Positions 27,903 to 39,863 of a stretch of DNA of 64,000 nucleotides are shown here, piece by piece. The translations under genes and the position numbers were made by a program. The stretch is from Schmidtea nova (lineage: Eukaryota): assembly GCA_044892505.1 (NCBI GenBank), contig CM097883.1, positions 31,186,001 through 31,250,000 on the forward strand, written 5' to 3'. The notes under the pieces were generated by a model. The model had not been told where the DNA came from. It ran no database searches and worked only from the letters and a program-made list of their open reading frames with translations. How positions within the stretch are numbered: position 1 is the first letter of the stretch; each line of letters opens with the position of its first letter.

Positions 27903-28110
27903 ATCTGAACATGACAAAAAATTATTAAAAGAAGTAATGAAACGGCGTGAAAATTATGAAGAATTCGGCAGGTAAATAGGTTTTGAACCTAAGATTATTA
28001 AAGACATAGTGTCGAGGTAGAAAAACTGGCATTCTTACAGCAGGGAAAAGAGGCAAATAAAATGTTAGCCTAATAATTGAAGAATATGGAATACAATGAA
28101 TTGATTGTGT
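27903..28110 (+). pseudogene. Degenerate helical-domain exon, paralog A (HTH- or death-fold-like)
   Basis: SEHDKKLLKEVMKRRENYEEFGR*IGFEPKIIKDI aligns without gaps to paralogs at 37082 and 56570. Preceded by short GT-AG intron-like spacers. Confidence 0.4.
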
Positions 28111-28177
28111 GGACCACAATTATTGGATTACTTTGGAAGAAATGAAAAACCTCTTGAATACAATTAGCTACAATGTA

Positions 28178-29918
28178 AGTAGGGGAAAGTGAGCGCACTG
28201 AACCACTTTTTTCACATAGCAACGGTTGCTAGGGTAAATACACACATTATTATGTAATCTCCGGGGAAGAAGTTGCTAGGGTAAACACACACATCAATAT
28301 ATAATCTTGGGGAACACGTTGCCAGGGTAAATACACACACATCAATATATAGTCCCAGGGAAGATGTTGCTAAGGTAAACACACACATCAATATATAGTC
28401 CCAGGGAAGATGTTGCTAGGGTAAACACACACATCAATATATAGTCCCAGGGAAGATGTTGCTAGGGTAAATACATACATTAAAGTATAGCCCCCATGTA
28501 AATATTGCTAAGGTAACCACATGTGTTAATATTTAAGTTTTGAAGTAACTATTGCTAAGATAAACACCCCCATGACTACTGTTGGTAACATCAAAATACA
28601 CAACATATTAATTATTACCCGTAGCACAAACAAAAACATGTTCTTTACTTAATTAAATGAAATTTTTGTTTGAATGTACTGGCTAACATTTTGAGTAATT
28701 GTTTTTTAACTGATAACTTTAGAAAATCGAATGTGGCAACTATGAAAACAGATGGAATTAATTCGAGAATTGTGACAATAGTCAAAATTTTAAAGACGAT
28801 TCAACAGAGTGCAACTGCAAGAACAGATGAAATTTATTAATATTTGTAAACAAAAACAATTATTTTTACAATAAATAAAAACGAATTACACAAATCCTTA
28901 AAATATTACACTAATCAGGTGAAAACCCTGAACGATAAAACCAATTCAAATCTGGACAACACATAAAATTTTTAAAAACAATTAAACATAACAGTCTAAA
29001 GAAATATAAAACTAAATATAATGAAACCAATTATTTTTTAACAAAGTTTTATTCAATACAAATCTGAATTGGATATATAATTTGAATTGAGAGCTGGATC
29101 TGAAACTGGAACACCAACCTGATCTTTTGATTGGTCTATAAACGAGCCACATCCCTTGTAATGTCCGTATGCAAGACTTTCATTTTTATCAACCCAAAGT
29201 CTTTTATCATCAAGATTAGTCAAGGCAATTTTCGAAAACTTATTAGTAAAAATTTGATGATTTTTACTCACAAATCGAGACTGCTCTACTGAAACTATAG
29301 TATTATTTCTATAACAATCAAGATAAGACCGATGCTTCAGTTTAGTATCTTTCAAACAGAGGCCTTTAGCCTTTAAACATTCCTTATCACCTAAAAGACT
29401 ATAACATTTAGGTCTAAGAAAAACCCATTCCTTATATTTATGACCCTTATTTTCGTCTTTAAACTTTCCTATAACTGAATCAAGTTTTTTCGAATATAAA
29501 GAATGACTAGGGTCATAATTCGATGTATCCAAAAGACAATCTCTAACCATCGCAGGTAACAGAACATCTAACCTACAATTCTTAATCTCCAAGAAGAAAG
29601 AATCAGTATCGCCTGCAACTATATTAATCTCACAGTTGAATTCATTGCGATATTTTTGCAATTTTTCATACTGGAGTTGATACATTCTAAGTTTAGATAA
29701 ATCCAGTACACTTTGGCCAATGTAGCTGGGTCTATCTAAACACACAGAGTCCTTATTAAGCAAGACAGAAATTAGATCATCATCAATCCTATAAGTTTTT
29801 CTAAAGGTAGGTTTTGAAGTATATGTAATCAGTTTTGATGCTGAATTACAAAGTCGTAAATTTAATCTTTTCTTAAGATTTTCCACAGTTTTTCCATAAA
29901 GACTGTTATTTAAAAGTT
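28178..29918 (-). repeat. Left TIR (1,741 bp), including an inverted copy of the PolB 3' end
   Basis: Reverse complement of 34405-36158. ORF 29053-29886 is identical to the last 277 aa of ORF 34065-35270. Differences spotted: a 13-bp indel near 28567 and a substitution near 28538. Confidence 0.95.
28222..28515. repeat. ~46-bp tandem repeats inside the TIR (mirrored at ~35820-36115)
   Basis: Unit approximately GTTGCTAGGGTAAACACACACATCAATATATAGTCCCAGGGAAGAT, about 6 copies. Confidence 0.9.
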
Positions 29919-30421
29919 ACATATAGTGTTACATATAGGTTTTGTTGTAAATAATTGATTTTATTTGATACTTTAATTGTGTTTTCACTGTAACAATTTA
30001 TATTCTAATTCTCTAAAATAATACATTATGTAAAAACTAATAACTTTGTGAATAATTAGTTTACTTTTAATTAATTAATTTTTATTTTAATTAATTAATT
30101 TTTATTTCAATTAATTAATTTTTATTTCAATTAATTTACAATTTATCTAATAATTAAACTTTTTTATTTAATTTTAATTACTTGTAATAATTTTTATAAT
30201 TTATTAGTGTAATTTAACTTTAAAATTAATCTTAATTTATTACATTGTATTTTAATAATAATTTATATTTAACATTAATTGATGACATATATTTATAACA
30301 ATAAATTATGTGTTTAATAATTTTTAAAAAATTTAATTGTAAAAATAAATTACACTGTGGTATTTACAAACGTGTGTGTATGTTTCCTCGAATTTGATTG
30401 GTTAAAAATTTTTGAATTTAG

Positions 30422-30460
30422 TATATAAACAATAGTTTTTCATTTAAGAATCACTTTTTA
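30422..30460 (+). promoter_or_regulatory. Putative core promoter of the PolB gene
   Basis: TATATAAA at 30422-30429 and an Inr-like TCACTTT about 30 bp downstream, followed by a 48-bp GT-AG intron-like segment (30477-30524). Confidence 0.45.
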
Positions 30461-30529
30461 CTGCAACCTAAATTTGGTAAGTTAATTTTTGTTTTAAAAT
30501 TTTTAAATAATCAACTTATTTTAGATAAA

Positions 30530-33500
30530 ATGAACAACAACATCAACAATATGGATATTACCATGATCAATGATTACAACAACGATGTCGACAACAATAT
30601 GAACAACTTTATTTGTTACAATGTTGAAGAATCGGAAACAATGGATAGTTTAATGAAAAATAAACTTAACGATGAAAAGATAAAAGAAAATAACTGTAAG
30701 TATTGATTTATTTTAATAATTTATTTATTAAATTCAATTTATAATTAATTACCTTTGTAAATAAAATTAAATAAAATTAATTAATAATTAGTTTTCTTTA
30801 TTTATTATTCAAAGAGATTTGTAATATTTATCATTGATAAATACTAATGAGAACTTAAAATAATTAACTATATTATTTAAATTAATAATTATTTTTTTTT
30901 TAATTAGTTTTGTAGTGTTTACTAATTTTTGAAAATTATTTACAATTTTTGAATTTGAATTTTTATTTTATAACTAATTATTAAAACAATTCTAGTTTTA
31001 ATTATAATTATTCTAATTTTTTATAATAATTAATTAATTAATTTGAATATAAAATTAATTTGAATATTGATTATTATTACTTATTGTTTTATTTATTTAT
31101 TTATTTTTTTTTTTAATAATGTTTTAGTAATTAAAGTTTTTGTAAATTAATTATTAATAAATAATTTTCTATCATAGTAAATAATATGTTTTATATGAAA
31201 ATTATTATATTAAGTTAATATCTTTATATTACTTGTAAATAATTTAAATTTTACATCTTTGAGTAAAACTTATTATTAAAACAATTCTAGTTAAGAATAT
31301 AATAATTAAAATTAATTAATATTATTTTTCATAATATTTAAATTATTTAATTAAATTTTTATTATTGTAATTATTAATTAATTTATATTAATTATTGTAT
31401 AATGACATTTTAATATTAAAATACTTGGCATTTATTTTTCATATTTTTAATTATTTTTATATTTAAGGTAAACTTTTTCCGAATTTTTGCCGATCATCAA
31501 TTCATGACAATAAATGTATTGAAAAAATGGGAAAATATTACCGATATTCGTATAAAGGAGTCACGTTTTTTATATGTCCCGTATGTAAGACCACCCAAAA
31601 TTCTACTTTTTTGAACTTTTATGATGACCATAAGGATCATTTAAGGAAATTTAGATCTTCGAAAAAATCCATTTTTAATTTAACAATAGATAATAGTGAT
31701 ATCAATGTTATTAATAATAAAAGAAAAATCCTTATCGATAATCCACTACCTACAAAAGTTAGAAAATTAAGTAATATAGTTGACGAGGTAATATCCGATA
31801 TGAAAATTCTTTCCGACTCTGACACAAGTTTTAATAATGACATTAACACCATAGATGTTCAATATGGTGGGTCCCTTCTTCCTAACGTTAAATATGATTT
31901 GAGAAAATCTCACGCTGTTGTAAAAATGGATGTTTCTCACTTGGTTTTGAAAACTTTAATTTTACCTGATATTTTAATTAATAAATTAAATAATGTTATT
32001 AATGAGATGGGTTCAGTGAAAATACAATTTTGTATTGACGTAGAGTTTGAAAAAGATGGAGAATTACAATCATTCATCATTTCAAATTCTGCGAGACCTA
32101 TGAGTGATACCTTTTTTGACGAGGGTATTGCTCTTTTAAATGAAAAAATAGCATTAATTAACGATAAAGGGAGTAATTGGGTTATTAACAAAGTTAATGA
32201 AATCCATTTTGTATTAACAAAATTTGCTCAAATTAGTCGATTGAGTGGCAGAGGTCATATTGAAACCCCTCAATCTTTACAATTAAAATATTGTACGGTA
32301 AACGTAAGAAATTCCGATGATTTATGTTTCATTTATAGCATCTTGGCTATTTTGAAATATGATGAGGTAGATAATAATAGAAATAGAGTAAATAATTATA
32401 ATCTTTCGGATCTTGTCTTTGACCCTTCTGAAATGCCCATGAGACTCTGTAATATTCCAAAATTTGAGGCTAAAAATCCCGGACTTGCTATTAATGTTCT
32501 TTCTTATGATGAAGATGCTCTTCTTGATACTTTGGAAAACCCTGAAGTTTTTAAACATCCTTGTGTCGATATAATTCATAGGTCTAAAGTTGTTGGTGGG
32601 ACTCCTATTAACTTGATTTTGTTGGAAAGTGGTGATGCATATCATTATATTGCAGTTACCGATATTGATAGGCTTTTGAATTACGACAATAAATCTCTTT
32701 CTGCTGCTCGCGTACAAAGTATATGGTGTCATCGATGCTTGAATGGATTTCGAAAACAGGAAGCATTCGATTGTCATCAACAATTGTGTGCTAAAAATCA
32801 ATTAGGCACAACTCTTTATACTCTGCCTAGAAATAAAAATTTACAATTTAGTAATTGGGGCAAAACAATTACCCCACCTTTTGTTGTTTACGCCGATTTC
32901 GAGGCAATCTTACCTGCTGATGATAAGTACTTTCAAAGACATGTCCCAATATCTGCCGGTCTTTTACTTGTAAATAATTTCACTGGCGAAAAGATTTACA
33001 AGAGTTTCTTAGGTCTTGATTGTGTTTCTAAGTTTCTTTCTGAAATTAGTGATATTTCTGAAACTATTGTTTATCCCTTTTATAGAACTAATTACAAGAA
33101 ACCTCTTTTTATGACATCGGCTAGTCAACAATCTTTTGATTTTGCTACTATTTGTTATCTTTGTAAGAAAACTTTAGTACAACCAGTCAGAGACCATGAC
33201 CATTACACTGGTGAATTCTTGGGAGCTGCTTGCTTAAAATGAAATCTTACTAGACAGATTCGTAAGGAACTACCGGTTATTTTTCATAATTTAAAAGGGT
33301 ATGACATGCACCATATTCTTAAATATGGTTTGGCAAACTTTTCAAATTGGAAAATTTCTTGTATTCCTACTACCAGTGAAAAATTCCTTACTTTGTCTGC
33401 AAGAGTCGGCGATTTAACAATTAAATTCATCGATTCTTGTCAGTTTATTGACTCCAGTTTAAATGATGCGGTTAAAACATTGACTTCATTACCTTTAACG

Positions 33501-35270
33501 CGATCTGAATTCACCGGGACTATTGTTGATTGTAAGAGTATTTTTCCTTATGATTTTGCAACATCTTTAGAAATTCTTAACAACACTTATGAGTTGCCAC
33601 CAATCTGGGAGGGTGTTAAGCAGGCTGAATACGACAAGGCATTAGTTATTTGGAGGGAAACTAATTGTCAAACTCTTTGTGACTATATGATGATATACTT
33701 AAAACTTGACGTCTTTCTTCTTGCCGACTTTTTCCAACAGTTTAGAGCCAAGTCAATTTCTCATAATAGACTTGAGCCTTTGAATTTCTTGGGGATTCCA
33801 GGTATGTCGTGGGCTTCTGCGCTTATTACCTTGGATGAACCTATTGAGTTGCTCCAGGATATGGAGATGTATAATTTTTTCGAAGGGGGGATCCGTGGTG
33901 GTTTGACATTTGTCAACAAGCACCATGTAGTATCCTTCGAAACGACTGAACTTTTATATATTGACATTAATAATTTGTACGGTTGGGCTTTAAGCCAAAA
34001 ATTACCTTATGGCGAATTTAGTTGGATCACAGATCAAAATAAATTAAATTAATTAATTAAATTAATGGATGCTGATTTGACTATTTTAACCTATGGCGTG
34101 ACTTTTGAAGTGGATCTTGAAATATCTTCAGAAATTCACGATAAGTTAAATGATTTTCCGGTAGCAGCAGAGAAATTGTGTGCTCCCAATTCTAAAGTTG
34201 AGAAGTTAATGTTGACACATTATCCAAAGTTCAACTATGTTGTTCATTGGAGGCTTCTCAAGCTTTTTGTTTCTTTGGGTGTTAAAATAACACGTGTTCA
34301 TCGGGCTATTCAGTACAAACAGAAATCTATATTTAAAAAATATATTGATACGAACACTGAACTTAGGGCAGCTTCATCGTTTGTTTTAGATAAAGATTTT
34401 TATAAACTTTTAAATAACAGTCTTTATGGAAAAACTGTGGAAAATCTTAAGAAAAGATTAAATTTACGACTTTGTAATTCAGCATCAAAACTGATTACAT
34501 ATACTTCAAAACCTACCTTTAGAAAAACTTATAGGATTGATGATGATCTAATTTCTGTCTTGCTTAATAAGGACTCTGTGTGTTTAGATAGACCCAGCTA
34601 CATTGGCCAAAGTGTACTGGATTTATCTAAACTTAGAATGTATCAACTCCAGTATGAAAAATTGCAAAAATATCGCAATGAATTCAACTGTGAGATTAAT
34701 ATAGTTGCAGGCGATACTGATTCTTTCTTCTTGGAGATTAAGAATTGTAGGTTAGATGTTCTGTTACCTGCGATGGTTAGAGATTGTCTTTTGGATACAT
34801 CGAATTATGACCCTAGTCATTCTTTATATTCGAAAAAACTTGATTCAGTTATAGGAAAGTTTAAAGACGAAAATAAGGGTCATAAATATAAGGAATGGGT
34901 TTTTCTTAGACCTAAATGTTATAGTCTTTTAGGTGATAAGGAATGTTTAAAGGCTAAAGGCCTCTGTTTGAAAGATACTAAACTGAAGCATCGGTCTTAT
35001 CTTGATTGTTATAGAAATAATACTATAGTTTCAGTAGAGCAGTCTCGATTTGTGAGTAAAAATCATCAAATTTTTACTAATAAGTTTTCGAAAATTGCCT
35101 TGACTAATCTTGATGATAAAAGACTTTGGGTTGATAAAAATGAAAGTCTTGCATACGGACATTACAAGGGATGTGGCTCGTTTATAGACCAATCAAAAGA
35201 TCAGGTTGGTGTTCCAGTTTCAGATCCAGCTCTCAATTCAAATTATATATCCAATTCAGATTTGTATTGA
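30530..35270 (+). pseudogene. polB: Protein-primed family B DNA polymerase with EndoVII-like insert, predicted spliced, two nonsense codons
   Basis: ORFs 31527-33242, 33306-34052 and 34065-35270 are in one frame, split by TGA (33240) and TAA (34050). Motifs: ExoI VYADFE, EndoVII-like CYLC...RDHDHYTG...CLK*NL, ExoII FHNLKGYD, ExoIII YLKLD, PolA DINNLYG, PolB KLLNNSLYGK, PolC GDTDS. Upstream exon 30530-30695 joins in phase through intron 30696-31467. Confidence 0.92.
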
Positions 35271-36158
35271 ATAAAACTTTGTTAAAAAATAATTGGTTTC
35301 ATTATATTTAGTTTTATATTTCTTTAGACTGTTATGTTTAATTGTTTTTAAAAATTTTATGTGTTGTCCAGATTTGAATTGGTTTTATCGTTCAGGGTTT
35401 TCACCTGATTAGTGTAATATTTTAAGGATTTGTGTAATTCGTTTTTATTTATTGTAAAAATAATTGTTTTTGTTTACAAATATTAATAAATTTCATCTGT
35501 TCTTGCAGTTGCACTCTGTTGAATCGTCTTTAAAATTTTGACTATTGTCACAATTCTCGAATTAATTCCATCTGTTTTCATAGTTGCCACATTCGATTTT
35601 CTAAAGTTATCAGTTAAAAAACAATTACTCAAAATGTTAGCCAGTACATTCAAACAAAAATTTCATTTAATTAAGTAAAGAACATGTTTTTGTTTGTGCT
35701 ACGGGTAATAATTAATATGTTGTGTATTTTGATGTTACCAACAGTAGTCATGGGGGTTACACAATAGTGTGTTTATCTTAGCAATAGTTACTTCAAAGCT
35801 TAAATATTAACACATGTGGTTACCTTAGCAATATTTACATGGGGGCTATACTTTAATGTATGTATTTACCCTAGCAACATCTTCCCTGGGACTATATATT
35901 GATGTGTGTGTTTACCCTAGCAACATCTTCCCTGGGACTATATATTGATGTGTGTGTTTACCTTAGCAACATCTTCCCTGGGACTATATATTGATGTGTG
36001 TGTATTTACCCTGGCAACGTGTTCCCCAAGATTATATATTGATGTGTGTGTTTACCCTAGCAACTTCTTCCCCGGAGATTACATAATAATGTGTGTATTT
36101 ACCCTAGCAACCGTTGCTATGTGAAAAAAGTGGTTCAGTGCGCTCACTTTCCCCTACT
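34405..36158 (+). repeat. Right TIR (1,754 bp)
   Basis: Reverse complement of 28178-29918. Overlaps the final ~866 bp of PolB. Confidence 0.95.
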
Positions 36159-37081
36159 AATGTATACACAAAAACAATATCAAAATGTTTAAAAAATAAG
36201 CTGATAAAATTATAAAGACTTATTTTTTTCTGTAATTCATAAATATCTAAAAAATATCTAGATAAAATAAATTGGTATTTAACTTAAAATATTAAATAAA
36301 TTTAAAATATGTTAAAATAGTTTAAATACATAACTAAAAAATTAAATTAAAAATTAAATAAGAAGATAATAAATACCAACTGCCTGTATTAAGTGTCTTT
36401 ATGGCTCTTAATTGCAGACTGTTGGTGTAACTAACCATTAAGCAATCAACCAACTGTTCCTTCATATTAACCTACTACACCTTACAATAATGAATAGCAG
36501 CTCCCATAATATAAATTGAAATTATACTATATAAATATCAAACACTCACCTGTGTGTTATCGGTGTGCTGTCAAGGAATACTACCTTGTATTATGTGGTA
36601 GACAAAATTTTGTAAACCACAAAAAGGCATTATATAGTAAAAACTGCATGCAAACTTTTAATGGGTGCAAATTTAATCAATCAATAGCGCTCAATAATAA
36701 ATTTTACACACCAAAAGTTGGTATCTTCTTCATTTTAATTATTTTTTATCGATTATTAAAATGAAATCAATTTTAACAGAAAATCATTGAAATAAATATT
36801 TTTCAAGAGGGCATATTGTAAGATTTATTTATTTATTTAATAATTAATTAAATTTATTATAGCAATTCCGATATTTCTGAAGGTTCAACGTAAACCTTTA
36901 GGGAGAATATCCAGTCAAATTTGCAAAAATTATTTTTTAATATAAATAAATCAAAAATTTATAGAATATCATTTAATGAAGGACAATTGAGTTTTGCAGT
37001 GCTTTATTTAGAAAGAAAAATAGATAAAACTATGTTTTATTGGTAAAAGTTTTAAAAATGTAATATTGTAACAGAATTTTA

Positions 37082-37288
37082 GAAGCTGACAAAGCCAAAA
37101 TTGTGAATGCCATAGAAAATGGGGACGATTACCAACAATTTGGGATACTGTTGGGAATCCCAAAAAACACAATTAAAGTAATAATTTGTGAGTATAAAAA
37201 ATTTGGCATTATAACAAAAGGAAACAAAAATCTCAAAAATTATTATCAGTATATTCATCTCTTTTTTTCCAAATGCTGCAAGAAATAG
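37082..37288 (+). other. Helical-domain exon, paralog B (Tc1/IS630-type HTH or death-fold-like)
   Basis: After a TTTTAG acceptor: EADKAKIVNAIENGDDYQQFGILLGIPKNTIKVIICEYKKFG. Confidence 0.4.
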
Positions 37289-37756
37289 ATATCTTTGGAC
37301 ATTAATTTTATTAATGTAATAAAATAATTAAATTTTACTTTAGTTTCTTACCTTATGCGAATATAAATCCTTTATACTGCTGATAAGTTACTAAAATGTC
37401 ATTTTTAAATGATAAATTTAAGTAAATTTCTTGCTTAATCCAGTTAAAATTCATGAGTAATCACATACATACACACCAACTAGTTTTTTAGAAGATGCTT
37501 TTCATCGTTGTACGGTGTGCACAAGACCAATGACATTTTTTAATTTTTTGAGAAACCCATTGCAATCGATTAGCTTTTGGTGTGTATAACTAATTTGAAA
37601 ACGATTTTTAAAAATATTTGAAAATGGTTCCGCACCAAAAAGAATTTCGGATACACCATTTAATTAGTTTTACAAGAAAGTCCATTTTCCATGACATTCA
37701 GTATTGACTGATGTAACAGGAATATACGAGGAATAATTTTATTTTCAGTGTAATTG

Positions 37757-38757
37757 TTATAAGTTATTGCTGGCGAGAAATTTCAAGTGCAAATATTTGT
37801 GTTTGTTTGAGGAAGCACTTAATTCTTCCATCTTTTTCATTCCTCTTTCAGCCACGATATTCGTTCTGGAAATGTCAAGCAAGGATTTCTCTGTGCTCCA
37901 ATGTCTTTTGAGACAGGCAATAGAAGGAGTGCACTGAAAGAGATAATTTAGACATTTATACAAAAGTCTGTCGTAAAATTGTGACGCTGAGGACCCAGGT
38001 CCCCGGTGCTTACCCTAGTCTTCTTCAGTCCTTGCAACAAATTACTGAATGTGTCTTCTTCAAACTTCTAATTGGAAAACCAGGCTTCTCTGTAAATTCT
38101 CTGTAAATATCTTCCGCTTTGCCGCTTTGGCATTTCAGTATTTCCAAATTTATTTGCCGTTCTTCATTCTGCAGTATCACAACTTATTATTTTTGTAGGG
38201 AAATCTTTGTACCATCAAAATGTAAGCAATAACTGGTTCCGTCTCGAAGGATTGCTTTTATTTTGTTTTATTTTTTTTCTCCCCGGCTCTAATAACACTG
38301 CGCCATACACCACTTTGTGATGGAGTAGGTAAAGTTAACCCTTCGGCAGATAAATTCTTGCAGACTTTCGATGCCTGGTGCGTTGACAACGAGTTTTGAG
38401 TTACAAGTTTGCTCGCAGATGAAGTGTTGTTGTATAATAATTGTGACGAGCTGCAGTTTGAAGAGGTATTTGAATATGTACTTTGTGATTGACTGTCAGT
38501 GTCACTGGTATCGCTATTGCTTGTTTCGGATACTGTATCTGAAGTAGTAGCTTTAGATTGTATAAGACATGCTCTCTTTGATGGATGAATACTTGAGAGT
38601 GGTGCTGGTTTTCCTGTGGCATACCTTACTTGTCCTCCAGATTCTATTTGGCTTTTGTAAAATAGTTTATCCTCACTACTGAGCCATAAGCCATCTGTCT
38701 TTGTAATATTTAAAACTGTGCTCATCTTATTTTGAAACTTTGATGATTTTCTTCGCA
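37757..38757 (-). pseudogene. Degenerate DNA transposase-like gene (possibly hATm-like)
   Basis: KTDGLWLSSEDK...IHPSKR, S/T-rich linker, SGVWRSV, then after a frameshift YCLHFDGTK and C-terminal RTNIVAERGMK. Internal stops and a deletion. Family assignment is from recall of motifs. Confidence 0.5.
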
Positions 38758-38759
38758 TA

Positions 38760-39232
38760 ATATTGATATGTATATTATAAGGATTGTAACACACACACGT
38801 ACTTACCTTTCGAATGATACCCTTGTTTTGTACCCTTTGAAGGTTGAGCACCCGCCATAGACCTTCGAAGGTATGACCATTGTGTGCACCCTTCAATTAC
38901 CTTTTGTTTGATATGTATATTATAAGGATTGTAAAAAGTTGAAGGTTTTTGATCCCTTGAAGGTTAAGGACCCTTCAAACACCTTAGAGGGTATGACCAT
39001 TGGATAGACCTTTAATAGACCTTTCGAATGATACCCTTGTTTGAAGGTTTGATCTTATTTGACCCTTAGGAATTTATATTTTAAATTTGAATTTGAAATG
39101 AGTCATCGATGACGTCATAATATTCAAATTTGAAATGAGTTATCGATGAGTCATGTGATGAGTCATCAGGGGGTATGGGTGACGTCATTTCCTTTGTTTA
39201 GCGATGACTCATGGTGCACACATCTGTCTACT
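38760..39232 (-). mobile_element. Isolated Polinton-type terminal fragment
   Basis: Ends in CTACT at 39232 (AGTAGACAGATG on the minus strand, same AGTAG start as the 28178 element). Internal duplications (TTGATATGTATATTATAAGGATTGTAA twice) and a bZIP motif cluster. Partner end not found. Confidence 0.45.
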
Positions 39233-39863
39233 ATTGTTTATGATAATGTATAACTAATAAAACATCAAGTTTCAATGATATAACAATGTGATGTTATACT
39301 GAAATCTATGATTATATCAAACACTTTGTTCTCATTTTAGTGGTGGCACAGTCGTTATATCTTACGAATCAACCGGAGCTTTGCTCACAGCTCATTGTGT
39401 CAGGTAATAGATAATTGCATGCACTTTGTCTTGTTTCTTTTTTTCTTTACAGGAAATGTTTTTATATAATAGTAGTATGATGTGTCACATCTGGGTCACT
39501 TACCCCTCCCCTAAGATTTAAGGTCCACTGATTATAGTGTTTGTGTGTAAACTAACTTTTGTGGGAATTAAGTGTGTGTTTGTTTTTAAAATTAATTTCT
39601 ATAAACAAGTTTGTTTAATTTCACTTTAATTCTCCGTTAATTGACCTTGTTACGCATTGATTTAAGTCAGAGGTTCTCAACCTGTGTTACGCGAGCCCTA
39701 GAAGCTACGCTAAAAATTCTAATAGGTACGCGAAATTTTCCTAGAGGTATGCAGTATATTTTCTGGATAAAGATTTTTAAGAAATAAATTGAAAATATAA
39801 TCTATGAGTAGTAGAAAGTCCAAAGATTATGTGCTAGCGTAAAGAAATTTTCTTTTTTTTATC
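39233..39863. repeat. ~630-bp inverted duplication, left copy
   Basis: Reverse complement of ~47376-48004, including the same hAT MITE junction (ATTTAAGT then CAGAGGTTCTCAACC at 39668). Confidence 0.92.

Larger units (their letters stand above)
28178..36158 (+). mobile_element. PolB-only mini-Polinton/Maverick with ~1.75-kb TIRs
   Basis: Termini AGTAGGGGAAAG...CTTTCCCCTACT. Exact 6-bp TSD AATGTA (28172-28177, 36159-36164). Contains protein-primed PolB. No integrase, ATPase, protease or capsid genes seen inside. Confidence 0.93.

Noticed and set aside
28222-28515. CRISPR-like repeats in the TIR
   Set aside because: Contiguous ~46-bp tandem units without unique spacers, and no cas genes.
29053-29886. 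Independent second polB gene on the minus strand
   Set aside because: It is the inverted TIR copy of the 3' end of the plus-strand gene. It lacks the exonuclease domain and motif A.
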